A stretch of DNA of 64,000 bases from the NCBI GenBank assembly GCA_051294375.1, contig CM119266.1:3166030-3230029 (forward strand), in the 5' to 3' direction. The stretch comes from Paraspadella gotoi (Eukaryota > Animalia > Chaetognatha). Shown here one piece after another: positions 1 through 11,928 of this stretch (position 1 is its first letter; each line of letters begins with the position of its first letter). The position numbers were made by a program, and so were the translations under genes. Under the pieces are notes generated by a model, which searched no databases, was not told the origin of the DNA, and saw nothing but the letters and a program-made list of their open reading frames with translations.

Positions 1-215
1 ATTATTAATAGATAATTAAAGAAATTATTCAAAATTAGTTCAAGTCTCATAGTATTTCTCAAAACTCAAAAGATAATATACCAAAATTACCCATGATTCA
101 AATTCATAAAAAAGTGAAATTTTGTCTTAAATTTAAAAGACTATTTTGTCCGCCTCTAAACACTCTCTCTCTCTCTCTCTCTATCTCTATCAATCTCATT
201 TAATTTATCCAACAG

Positions 216-289
216 GTTATCGTTGTCGAGTTGGAAATACTGACGCCGAAGGAAGGATGATCATGTTGGATCTCCTTTGCCATGCAAAA
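216..289 (+). CDS. M17 leucyl aminopeptidase (C. elegans W07G4.4/LAP-2-like), internal exon A; 5' exons lie outside the window
   Basis: aacag| acceptor and |gtgagt donor; encodes (G)YRCRVGNTDAEGRMIMLDLLCHAK with the M17 metal-binding signature NTDAEGR; ends in phase 0. Confidence 0.93.
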
Positions 290-909
290 GTGAGTCATAC
301 CTTTCTTGGCCTCATTTCTTTTCATATTCCCTGAAAGTGATTTTAACTTAGATATTTAACTTTTATCTCTTGATGTTTAATAAAATTTAACTCTAACCAT
401 ATCCCAAAACCTAACCATATTTATAATCTATAAGCGTAATCCCTAAATTTAATTTCTCGATCATTAACCCTTAATCCTTAAACAAATCTTTAACCAAATA
501 TGGCCATAGATAGATACCTACCCTCAGAGCCTGTTTATCTTTCTACATATTTTTTAGGCAAGCAGAGTTAACCTTTTATAATATAAATTCTAATTAATAA
601 GTTAATAATTTCGCTTGCAAGCCGTTGTGAAATTTGAAAGAAGGAGTCTCTTCTTGGAACTCTTGACATTTTATTGTATCATAAAATCTTTTAAATACGA
701 AAATTATACACTGATAAATTAATTCACATTAGATATAAAAAACAGACGTTTCCTTTCAATAAATCGATTTACAAACTTTTTGACTTTTATGAAACAAAAA
801 AGTTTTATAATGACGTCATAAATTATCACTTAATGCAAATCTTACTACGTAGCAGAAAATCGAGTTTTGAATAATATTTTAAATTAGCTATTGAGAGCGC
901 TAGTTAAAT

Positions 910-2652
910 AAACAAGTTTGAGCAAACAATGTCGGATCTGCCTACGATAATTTAGCAGTAAGTCTGTTTGGGTTAGTAAGAGCTCTTATGGTCCTTGGAA
1001 CGCCCTAGAATAAAACAAAAAATGTCCCTTTTTATACTAATAGTGAACCAATCAGAAACTAGAGTTGGCTATCAAATTGAAAATTGACTAATCAGGGACT
1101 GGGATTGATATCGAATTGAATTGATATTGAATCAGGAACTGGAATTGATATTCTATAGTGTCAATCTTTGTGCACTAGGACCAATTTTTATAGCTAATAA
1201 CCATTAAGATAGTTTTTGCTAGGTAAATAGAAGCAGAGCAGCATGACGCGTTGCTATGGGGCAATTTTTTAGTAACCAAATAGGACAATCATCAACTCTG
1301 ATTGAGAGGCAAATTAATGTTATTTAAAATTCATTTCTACAAAGTCGGTAATCAGATGGAATGTCTGATGAATGTGACAAGAAAATCCATAAATAAATAA
1401 AGAGAGAAAAATAATTAATAAGGCGGAACAGGTTACAAACTAACAGAAGTCCGGTATAAATTTTGTTAATGTGTTTATCAAAATACTATATAAGGTCAAA
1501 TCTTTTTAAATAAATTTCAATTTTTTTAACGGATTCTGATAGAGCTTGAAAAGTTAGATGAAGGTTATTATTACAACAATTTGAAATCTTAATGATTTAT
1601 CTATAAAAATTAACAAAAACTATATAATTTAATGAATGATGATGATGATTATGATGATTTTTTAAAGTTTTTTTAAATTTTAGCCCATTTATCATTAAAA
1701 TTGATGAGATTTGTAGTACTAACCTTTATCTAACTTTTTAATCTTTATAAAAATCCATTTTTAAAAATTTAAATCTTTTAAAAAAAATTTTAAGCATTTA
1801 TTATATATTGTGAAAATAAAAATTGTTAAAATGCTTCCATGCATGAGAAAAATTAATTTAATCAAACTCTAACATCATAAGTCAATTTGGTTATAAAAGG
1901 ACAAAAAACTTTTATTGCAGACTTTTTCATATTGTAAAAAATGTTAAATTCTGGCCCACCTTAATAACTTATGATAACTAGATCATAACATTATGAATAA
2001 TAACAGATTTCTAAATTAATCAATGAAAAAAATTATCAATCAATCATTTAACCAAATTAACAATCAATCAATCAATCAATCAATCAGAAAAATATAGAGA
2101 GAACAACTTTTAAAAATTGAAATAAATGTGTCTTTTGGTTTTCTAATTTAAACTCTTTTCCACTCCTATGATTCTATAAAAAATTCATATCGTGCTAGAT
2201 TCCATACTTTCCTACCCACACACAAATTTTCATTTCAATTCATTAATCCAATTTTTAAATATAATAATCATGAGTAAATATATGTATAAAACTTTAAGTA
2301 AATGTGACTCTTGTTTTTCCAATTTAAACTCATTTCCACTCGCACGATTTCATCGAAACTTTATATCCAGCTCAATCATACACTTTCCTACCCACACACA
2401 AAGTTTCATTCCAATCCATCCATGCAATCACGAGTAATTGGAGTTTTTTGCTAAGGGGGGACGGAGGGATGGACGGACGGATGGATGGACGGACAGACAT
2501 ACAGAAAGACAGACAGACAGACAGACGGACGAACCGACATTTTTTTTTGCATAATTTATCATAAATCAAGGGTCTGATATGATAATAAAAGTTTACCGAC
2601 AAGGATTTTGGGGTGGACCGATGGACCGACAAAGTGAATTATAGAGTCGGAT
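910..2652 (-). mobile_element. DINE-1/HINE-like non-autonomous element with nested insertions
   Basis: Left end aaacaagtttgagcaaacaatgtcggatctgcctacgat, and the right part (2325-2652, GGAC/AGAC microsatellite, gacaaagtgaattatagagtcgg), are reverse complements of the ends of the element at 33703-34362. Confidence 0.55.
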
Positions 2653-2714
2653 ATATAAAAAGAAAAATCAAAACTGGACAGAAGGAAAAGATAAAAAAAT
2701 ATGTGTTATATTTA

Positions 2715-3162
2715 TTAAAAGATCAGGTTTTGTGATGACATTAAATCATCCATTGCTGATAAAAAATTTCTTAATAAGTATGTCTTTATAAGTTGAACAA
2801 CATATTTGTCAAATTCAATCCTTTCTTTGAAGCAGACGCTCAGGAAATTACTAATTAACTTAATCAAAGCGTAAACTGGTGCATATTTTTCAAATCCCAC
2901 TTTCTGTTGCACTTTTTACTTTTAGTTCGTCAAAGGTCTTCATTATTGTAAACATGCGAAATAGTTGAGACGTTTCATTACCCGAAAAATAGGGTATATT
3001 TGCTGTTATTACCGCTTGAACTGCTCCACATAACATCACGTGCAAAATAACCGCGATTATTGTGATCAACATTTTTACAGATATCGTAAGACTGGAAATT
3101 AAAAATATTCTAAACAATAATGAAGATATTATGGAGTAAATTACGTATAGATTTTCATTCAT
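2715..3162 (-). pseudogene. Hydrophobic ORF pieces just downstream of the Xkr-like exon 3; possibly a frameshifted C-terminal continuation
   Basis: ORFs 2890..3162 (two TM-like stretches) and 2715..2912 start 5 nt after the stop of the 3168..4766 ORF, on the same strand. Confidence 0.3.
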
Positions 3163-3167
3163 TGTTA

Positions 3168-4666
3168 TCAGAGTAGCAAATCTCTAGTAATATCATAGTT
3201 TAACATAGTCGAATATTCAGGGTCAGGAGTAGAAAAATTACAAATTTCTAAAGTAGATTTAAATACTTTTTGCATCAGAGACTTTTTCCAATGCGGAAAA
3301 TAGAATACAACAAAATACGGAACTAAAACAATAAATGCAATAATCCATTTTAATTTGCTATGAAGCAATTTTATGGTGAACTTGTTTAAAAACAATGAAA
3401 AAAATATCGCCATGATAACTAAAAAATTATTTGAAATAAGGCTTGCATAAATGTATGTTTCAACATGTGTTTTAATTATTTTTTTGTTCCAAAGTTCTTG
3501 TGAAATAGAGGAAAGATTAAAAGGTCTTTTACCTCTAAATATTAAAAATCTTGACCATTGATATTTTTGAATTGAATATTGATTTCCATAATTTTCATCT
3601 ATCAAAAAATTTGTAATATATAGTAAATTTATATGCTTAATAAAATAATATAAATTCATATAAGAAAAAAAGCAAAGAATCCCAAGTAAAATCGTTGGAA
3701 AACAAAAATTAAACCATTGTTTAGCCAATGAAAAATTTAGTATAGTGTATATCAAGCTCAATACCAAATCAAGAAAAATAAGAATCATTATCATTCCATA
3801 ACAAGGTGAAAGTAATAGATAGTTTCCAACCCTATAATCTGAAACTTGTCCACGAACATGTTTGAATAGATTAAGTTTTTGCAAATTTATTTCCCACGCT
3901 TTGTATTCTTTTTCATTATTAATTTTATCATTTTTTGTCAAGACTCTTTCCCAGTGATTTTTATTGCTTAATATTCCTTTAATTTTCAATCGTTGAAAAG
4001 AGTGAAAGCGATTATGAAAGCGATAATGATAAAAATAAAGACTTATCTTTGGCGACTTATCATTCATGATCCTCGATATTCCCCACATTCCTGTTTCCTT
4101 TAAAACATGTCTGCTTATTGTGTTTTGCTTGTCAAAATACAGTAACATCGACACAACAAAAAAGTTCAAACATGGCAACATTGTTACACGAAGGACCTCG
4201 GCTTTTTCCCAGGTTTTCTTTGGAACAAAAACAAATTTTGTAATGTTTTTTGCTATTATATAAATTTCGAGAGGAGTGAACAGGCGCAACAATAACAGAG
4301 GAGTAAGGATCATGAACCAAAGAGAATACGTGATAGCTTTCCAAATGATAAAGTAGAGAAATATAGCAGAGCCGTACACGCCCTGCGCGATTCCAAAAAA
4401 AGATCGAATCACATGAAATATTTTTTTTGAATTATCTCGAATGGGGCCATAGTGACGGTTGTAAATGGCAATTTTGGAAATGCTGATCGTGGACAAAGCG
4501 ATTGAGAGCAGAGAGTAATAAGATTTAATCGGCCACCGACAACGAGTCTCAAAACGAAAGTTCAAGTTGGATCCGCTTCGTCCTAAGCCAAAAGTCTCAC
4601 CCCCAGAATATTCACACTCGCAGCTGATATTAGTTTCAGCCAATGAGTCATTTGTCAGAATGTAAA
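3168..4666 (-). CDS. Multi-pass membrane protein; proposed large last exon (exon 3) of the XK-related gene nested in the aminopeptidase intron
   Basis: 1.5-kb open frame in very AT-rich DNA with many TM segments; pyrimidine tract plus ttag| acceptor at 4667-4668, phase 1, matching the phase-1 donor at 15979; SLLSIALSTISIS resembles the Xkr S..S helix. Alternative reading: a single-exon ORF from the ATG at 4766. Confidence 0.7.
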
Positions 4667-5715
4667 CTAAGTACGATAGGGCAGAGATGATATAAAAGAA
4701 ACAAAAAAGTCCCATCTTGGAAACCTGCACTCCCTGTGATGGGTTAGCAAAATCCGGTAAAGGCATTTTTTTTAAAGTGGTTAAAGTTTTTAAAAAAATT
4801 TCTGAACTTACCTCCTAACCAAAAACTTAATTTTTACTAATTTCACATAAAATTATATAGTTATACAAGGTAGTGAATCAAAACTTAGAATAGTATTTAC
4901 CATCACGATTCTTTATAGGCAACAAGTTAATCGAATGTCTTTTAACATAATTAAAGTAATCCACTGATGTTTCTCTTTTGATAAAGGTTTTATTTTCGTC
5001 TTTTTATTACGTCTCGGAATCTGCTTCATCAGCCACATTTAAAATTCATTATGTCTCTGCTACCCACCAAATATTGTCGGCCTCCGTCGGTCCCACCTCA
5101 ACAAATCCTTGTCTGGTAAAGATGCGCTCGCATCATCTTACTCATCTCGACCTCTCATCGACCTTCTTTTCTGTTGTTAATCAATAAACTGCTAAATACA
5201 AGACTGTACTTGATTAATCAAAATAATTAATCCAGTTAATTTAATCAAACTTCAGCTCAATTAATTAATAACTAATGTTAAAATTAATGCTCGGGTCCGA
5301 ATTAATCAAATTAACTTATTCAAATGCCATTTCACCAATCAATTATTATTTATGTTTTATCTACTTAATATAACCTTACTATTTAATCAATCAATTTATT
5401 TAATCAAATTAATTCAATTACTTTATTCCATCATCAATCTACAGTCATATTAACTTTTCCATCGTCGGCCATCCAATCATCATCATCGTTGCTTTTGTCG
5501 TGGTCAGTGACAAAAAAACCTTAAAACAAACTTTTCAGATCAAATTAATTAATTTATTAATTAAAATATTATTTTAGTTTATATAGTTTGTAATAATTAA
5601 TTAATTGATTACCGCTAATGATCGTGGGCAGATCCGACATTGTTTGTTCTAACTTATTACAATATGCTGCGCTTCTAAAAAGAATATAACATTGGTTGAA
5701 TTTGCTCTGCGCCGG

Positions 5716-7040
5716 TTAATGTTCCCTAGCAGTATGTTATATTAATAAGAAGGCTATTGAGAATAGGAATAACTACTATTCTAAGTCGTGCGCTCAAGCC
5801 CGAGTCGATTAGGGCCGCTACTAATTATGTTAATGTTCCCTAGCAGTATGTTATATTAATAAGAAGGCTGAAGAGTCCCTGAGCTTTGGATCAGGCTGTA
5901 ACACTGTGTTACAGGCGGGTTAAGCGCCCCGTCACTCTTAACTGCTAGGCGGCCACCGGGCTAGAACCCCAGACCTTTGGGTTGGGAGCGGAAAAACTTG
6001 CCTCCGGCACCAATGGCCACTGATGAATGGTTGGTGGATTTTAGTCCACCATACATCCCCCCCTCCCGTAGGGAGAAGTCTGTTGCGTCTCTTCAGTGAA
6101 TTGTTGTTGTTAGTGGAAAGTGCGTCACCCAATTGAGCATGCGTCTGATGTGTTCTGTGGCGGAAAGTGCATCGCCAGGTTGAGCATGTCGCTCTGAAAG
6201 TGTTGTTGTTGCTGTTGTGTTCGGAAGTCGGGCTTCACCGAATGAAGAGACAGAATTGTTATTATTAGCTGACGCAGAACCATTCAATATAACAGTCCTC
6301 TGACTTTCGGATTGGCAGGCGTAACACTGTTGTTACAGGCGGTAAGCGCCCGTCCCGTCTAACTGCTAGCTGCCTAGGAAGAACCGCCGCCTTTGGGTTG
6401 GGTAGCGAATAACTTGCCTACGGCACCATGGCCACTGATGATGGTCTGGTGATTTTAGTCCACCATAGAGCTATTGAGAATAGAGAAACTACTATTACTA
6501 AGTCGCGCCAAGCCCGAGTGATAGGCCATTTATAAGGATGCTGCAGGTAGTAATTGTAGCATACCCAAAACCAACAATATGCACGCTAGTAGTACATTTC
6601 TAAGCTGAAAGGAAAATTCTAAAGAGAGCAAATGAAGAACTTCATTTAGAAATATTTACGAGGACATAATATCTTTACTATCCTATGGCCATTAAACTGC
6701 TACAGTTTAACAAGACCTATTTTAACCTCAATTAATAAAAGCAATTTTAAGATGCTGTAAAAACTTTTTTTTTTCTTAAGTTCACACTGTAGTGGCCACT
6801 CTGGTTGAGTGCCATATCTGTGATCTTATGAAATCAATAACAGATGTAGTTGGGACTCTCTGTATAAAATATCAAGCAAATCGCTTCATAAAATCTACTG
6901 CAGCTTCAGATGAAAGATAAATACTTCCTTATATTTTTGTTTCTGGACAAAAATCCATTGCTGCATTCTACTATATTGTTCTTAGATTCCATTTCTTGAC
7001 ATGTATAAAGAGCCAATACTCTCAACAAAGGGGATTGTTG
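5716..7040. repeat. Interspersed repeat hosting the TRIM, with a roughly 113-bp tandem duplication of its end; second noisy copy at 44466-45200; possibly the 3' remnant of a non-LTR element
   Basis: gttaatgttccctagcagtatgttatattaataagaaggct occurs at about 5716 and 5830; 6470-7020 aligns by eye with 44500-45195. Confidence 0.55.
5869..6469 (-). mobile_element. TRIM-like miniature LTR retrotransposon (LTR, 187-bp internal region, LTR)
   Basis: Direct repeats 6243-6469 and 5869-6055 reading TGTATGG...CTCTTCA on the minus strand; purine tract gggaggggggga right before the 3' LTR; PBS-like sequence after the 5' LTR; empty site aagaaggc|tattgag visible at about 5750. Confidence 0.8.
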
Positions 7041-7049
7041 TACACAGCT

Positions 7050-7930
7050 AAACAAGTTTGAGCAAAAAATGTTGGATCTGCCCATGATCATTATCTGTAA
7101 TTAATTAATTAATAATTAATTAATTCAAGTTAATTAATTAATAATTAATTAATTCAAGTTAATTAATTAATAATTAATTAATTCAAGTTAATTAATTAAC
7201 TAGGCAATTAATTAATTTGATCCGAAATGTTTGTTTTGATTGATTAATTAACTGATTAATTAATTATTGATTAATTAATTATTGATTAATTAATTAACTA
7301 ATTGATTAATTAACTGATTAATTATTTGATTAATTAATACATTGTGGCGGTATATTCACACCTCCTCACGTCCACCATCGTTCAGCCAAATCCATTGGCT
7401 GAGAGGGGGAACACACCATCCCAGGCGTAGTGTTCCATCCACAGTCCTAACGACATCCCTCTGCGTTGGCAAAGCGAGACCAGTCTAGGGTAACCGCGCT
7501 AGTGACTGGAGGCGTCAATGAGGGTCGGAAGCCCCCAAAGCCAACAGTGAGATGTGTGGACGTATGGTGGTGTGAATATAACGCCATAACATCTTGCATT
7601 TACATTTAATATAAAAATATAAAGAAGCATAGTCAATTAGTGAAACAGGTTTTTTGTTTTGTCCATTTAAACTCATTTCCACTCAGACGATTCCATCGAA
7701 ACTGGATTTCCAGCTTTATCACACATTTCCCTAACCACGCACAAAACTTTGTTCCAATTCATCCATCCAATCAATTGGTGTTTTTTGCTGAGGTGGGACG
7801 GACGGACAGACAGACGGATAGACAGACGGACGGACGGACATCGTTTATTTTGCATAATTTATCACAATTCGATATTCTGACATGATATATGTGGTTGCCC
7901 GACAATATTTAGGGGGTGTTTTAAAGGGGG
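7050..7930 (-). mobile_element. DINE-1/HINE-like element containing an AT minisatellite and a nested MITE
   Basis: Same terminal motif (aaacaagtttgagc...ggatctgcc) and the same core with GGAC/AGAC microsatellite (7660-7930); TTAA-rich tandem array at 7098-7338. Confidence 0.6.
7343..7588. mobile_element. MITE with about 34-bp TIRs, TGT-type terminus and 4-bp TSD (Ginger-like)
   Basis: tgtggcggtatattcacacctcctcacgtccac ... gtggacgtatggtggtgtgaatataacgccata, flanked by acat on both sides. Confidence 0.7.
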
Positions 7931-7949
7931 AGACCGATATGAGGAGGCC

Positions 7950-8132
7950 CGGGTTAGGGTTGAGGGAGGCCCGTGGTTGACTCGTCAAAGGCGGTTAGGG
8001 TTAGGGTTGAGGTATGGAGATGTACAGGAGGCCCGGGCCTGAGTTAGGCTTAGGGTAGAGGCAGGGAGTTGGGGTTAGGGTTGGGGGCGGGGCCTGTGGT
8101 TGACATGGCGAAGGCGGTTAGAGTTAGGGTTG
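7950..8132 (+). repeat. Degenerate TTAGGG-containing tandem array (interstitial telomere-like)
   Basis: Repeated gggttagggttga units interspersed with ggaggccc. Confidence 0.55.
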
Positions 8133-8179
8133 ATGCACTTTTTTGTTTCTTTTATATCATCTCTGCCCTACCGACATAG

Positions 8180-8302
8180 CCTTTCGGCACAGTTTTATCA
8201 TCATGAAAAATGTTGTAACGGAGACACAACTCTGTACCAAAGAACTAGTTCAGTTTTCTAGATGGTCAAATGTTCACTCTCTTTGTCTTTCTCTCTCTTC
8301 CT
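8180..8302 (+). pseudogene. Decayed paralogue of Xkr-like exon 3, 5' part; continues after a transposon at about 13273-13560
   Basis: Acceptor region 8138-8170 is almost identical to the reverse complement of about 4677-4710; same phase 1; RWSNVHSLCLSLSS resembles RWPIKSYYSLLSIALS; LRVTNL near 13415 resembles LRVTML. Confidence 0.45.
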
Positions 8303-11300
8303 CTATATATAAACTATGCAAAAAAAATCTTAAAAGCATAAGGATCGAGCCGCTTTTGATAGTAACCAAATATTGATGCATGATAACAAATATTGACTGC
8401 GATGGCAATAACCAATATTGACTGCGATGATAAAAAATGACTGATGTATGATAATAAAATGATTGATACGCGATGATAGTCTATTTATTGATATGATTGA
8501 TAATCAATTTCATTGATAATGATAGTCATTCATGATGCGATGATAATATGCATTGACGACATGAATCATATCAGCGTAAATAAAACAAACAAATACGTGT
8601 ATGAGTGAAAAGAGAGAGAGAGAGAGGAGAGAGAGAAGAGAGAGAGAGAGAGGCTGGACAGTTTTCCCCGAACGAAACGCATTATAGGTCTCTCTCGTTT
8701 ATATAAAGAATATCAGAAATTTTTATATATTGTATGAAAAAAAGCGGGGAATAATGGCGATAATAAAATTTTTAGAAGGAAAAAAATAATCAGAATTTAT
8801 CAAAAAACGAACGATACGCAAGAGTATAGTAAAGAGAGAAAAGACAGAATGAGAGATAGAGAGAGAGAGAGGAAAGAGAGAGGAGAAAAGAAGCTGAACA
8901 GACGCTGCATTGGCGAACTCGTTAAACTGCGTCGCCAAATTAAATGATACTTTTAACCTAGTATACTAATTTGATATTGCAGGTATACTATAATCTAAGT
9001 TAGCATATTCAATAAATATAATGGATGGAAATTCAAACAAAAATCTTGAATCGATATGAACACAAAGAAATGACACACATTTCAACTTCATCACTGCCAC
9101 CTAATGGAACTTGATAAATAGATACATTGTTTGGTAGTAACAAACATCCGCGAAAATAAGGCAGTAAAAAAATGATCGGCAATATACGCATACAATCGCG
9201 ATATTCAAATTGTGAAAAAAATTAGGTTTTCGATCAACAACATTGGACAGATATAAAAAGATTTCTCTGCAATGAAAACTCGGTATTAAATATGCTATCT
9301 TGCTATTATATTTTTTTTCTTTAATAACAATCATGTTAGCGACGGAGAGAATGGGAGAGAAGCGTAATTTTTGACGTATGATTATCTACAACTTTTCTAA
9401 AATAAATCATGAAAATCTTGATGTAATTGGATACATTGTAGATAAAAAGTTTTAGAAGGGAAAAAATAATCATAATTTTTCTAAAACGAACGATCAGCAA
9501 AAATCGTACACCAGAAGGAAGAGAATGAGAGAGAGAAAGCAAGAGAGAGTTACAGAGGAGACTCACAGAGAGCACAGAGAGAAACAAAAGCTGGACAACT
9601 GCTGGAAGGCCGCAGTAACGCAGAGAACTGACTCGTTCTTAAAAGAGAAATAATTTTAAGAATAGAAAGCAAAAATATTAAATTGTTTACAATTAGAAAT
9701 TTCCATTTTTCCAATCGTGCTTTAAAAGATTAATTATATGATAAATAGATATACTTCTATTAAAAAATCCTTGATTCCCATTTTAAAAATTATATACACA
9801 ATTTTAATTCATCTTCAATATTATCATTAAATGCTAATTTATTAGATAAAGCATCTATATACTAAGTTGATTAAATGATTCTAATCGGCTCAGTTGCAAG
9901 CAGATAAATCATAATGAAAGTGTAAGATCAAGACCATAAAATATACTTTTATCCAATGTAATTATTAAGCAATAATTGGCAGCTATTTTGAAGAACATAG
10001 AATGAAAAGACATATAGAGATATACTTATCAAGCTAATACGAACTATGGAATTTGAGTTTTTTTGTAGTTTTTTCTCAAAAACTTTTATCATTCAATTTA
10101 TAGAATTTTTTTTATTTTTTTCATAATAGCGAATGGAAGGAAGAAAAGAAAAAAATCATATCCGTATAAGCAACTAAAAACTAGTGTTTTCTATTATACT
10201 ATAAGCGTGAGAGTTACACTTATTCTGAATACCGACTTGACGAGACTACGGTCACAAAAAGAAGCAACTCCTAAATATTCTATAGAGCCCTTGACCCGGC
10301 TTCCGCGCGGTCAGGCTCGACTAAAAAACAGGGGCTGTCCAATTTAGTCGGGCAAGATACTTTATTTTATAGTCTTTTGCGTTGTGCCCAATGTTTATGA
10401 TATGTAGTGATCGGACTAATCAAACTCGGCACGTAAAACAGACCAATCGTTTTTATCGAGCCATGACCGTGCGAGAGCCGGTCAGGGCTCAGTTATGTTC
10501 GGTTAACTTCTTCGTGGATGTAGTCGTCGTCTCGTCCGATCGATCCGTCCGGTCACGTTAGTTTCTATAAAAAAACTACTACGTCTTTATAGTTTGCCTA
10601 CCGTTTTTAAATAAAAATTATTAGTAATTAGATGAAGTGTTTTACAAAAGTGTGGCGATTCATAGTAATGTTAAAAATTTAGAATGGCTTCTCATTGAAA
10701 TAGCTTGCTGACTATTTCATTATTTACATTTGGATTTAAGTGATTTTTTGTTATATTTCGCACTTCATATTTGTTATCTGCCATATGCAAATAGCATTAT
10801 AGTACTACATTATTAAGTACAAATTAGTATATAGAAATGCTTTAAATCTAATTTACATTATTCGTATAATAATGATTAAGATGAAATCAGAAAGATTCTT
10901 TTGAAAATCAGATATAAAATGGGATCAAAGGAATTTTAATGAGAAGCTATATCTTATTTTAATAAAATAAGAAATAAAATCTTTTATTTTATTTTTTTCC
11001 TCTTTTTTCTTCAATCGAGTTCATGCTCGCAGTGACTGTACAGCGGTTTCTAGCAGCTGTCCAGCTTGTCTGCTCTTTTCCTGCTCTCTCTCTCTCTCTG
11101 TCTTTCTCTCTCTGGACAATCGTTCGTTTTTTTGAAAAATTCTTATATTTCTTTCCTTTCTAAAAACTTATTACGCCATTCTTTTTTTTTAATACAAAAT
11201 CTCCAAATCTATCATCAACATTTTTCGTGATTCAGTTTTAGACAGAAAGGAAAAATAACTTATAGATGCATGAGCAATGTCATATTGAGATATCAACTTG

Positions 11301-11890
11301 TTGTGACAGGGTAGGCGATTCCCTCTATTATATCCGGCAATTGCGCGGATTAATATAAATAAAATTTTTTTTAATATAATAATATAATAATATATAATAT
11401 AAAAAATATAACAATCTAAAATTTCATTCAAGATTAAAATTTTTCAAGATGAGGAAATAAAATTTATTTTAATAAGTAAAAAAAATATTTGGAAGTCAAA
11501 AATATCATAGTCGTTAACTGATTATTGTCAACTATATATTTTGTTAATAGAGATTATAATTTTTTGACCGTTATTATTGAAAATAGTTATCGCGACGAGT
11601 TTTCATTTCAAACAATCAATATCAATCTCATTCATTTTCAATAATATGCAAAAAAATAAGGTTTTCAACCTCATTTTGAACTAGATGAACAAAAGACTTC
11701 AGTCTTATTTCAATTGAAAAAAAAATAGAAAGTTATATAAAGTTAAATAAAACAATTTTATTTTTATCACGCCACTTTTTTCTTAATACAAAACCCCAAA
11801 TTTATTTCTGAGATTTTCGTGGATTTTTTTTTCCTTCTAAAAACTTTTATTATTATTTTATTATTCTTTCTATATTTCTCTCTCAATCAA

Positions 11891-11928
<38 letters not shown>

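Noticed and set aside
6010-6060. CTGATGA in the TRIM LTR as a hammerhead (retrozyme)
   Set aside because: No GAAA after the following hairpin, and no stem III or cleavage triplet
7950-8132. Telomere or chromosome-fusion site
   Set aside because: TTAGGG units are few, degenerate and embedded in repeat sequence
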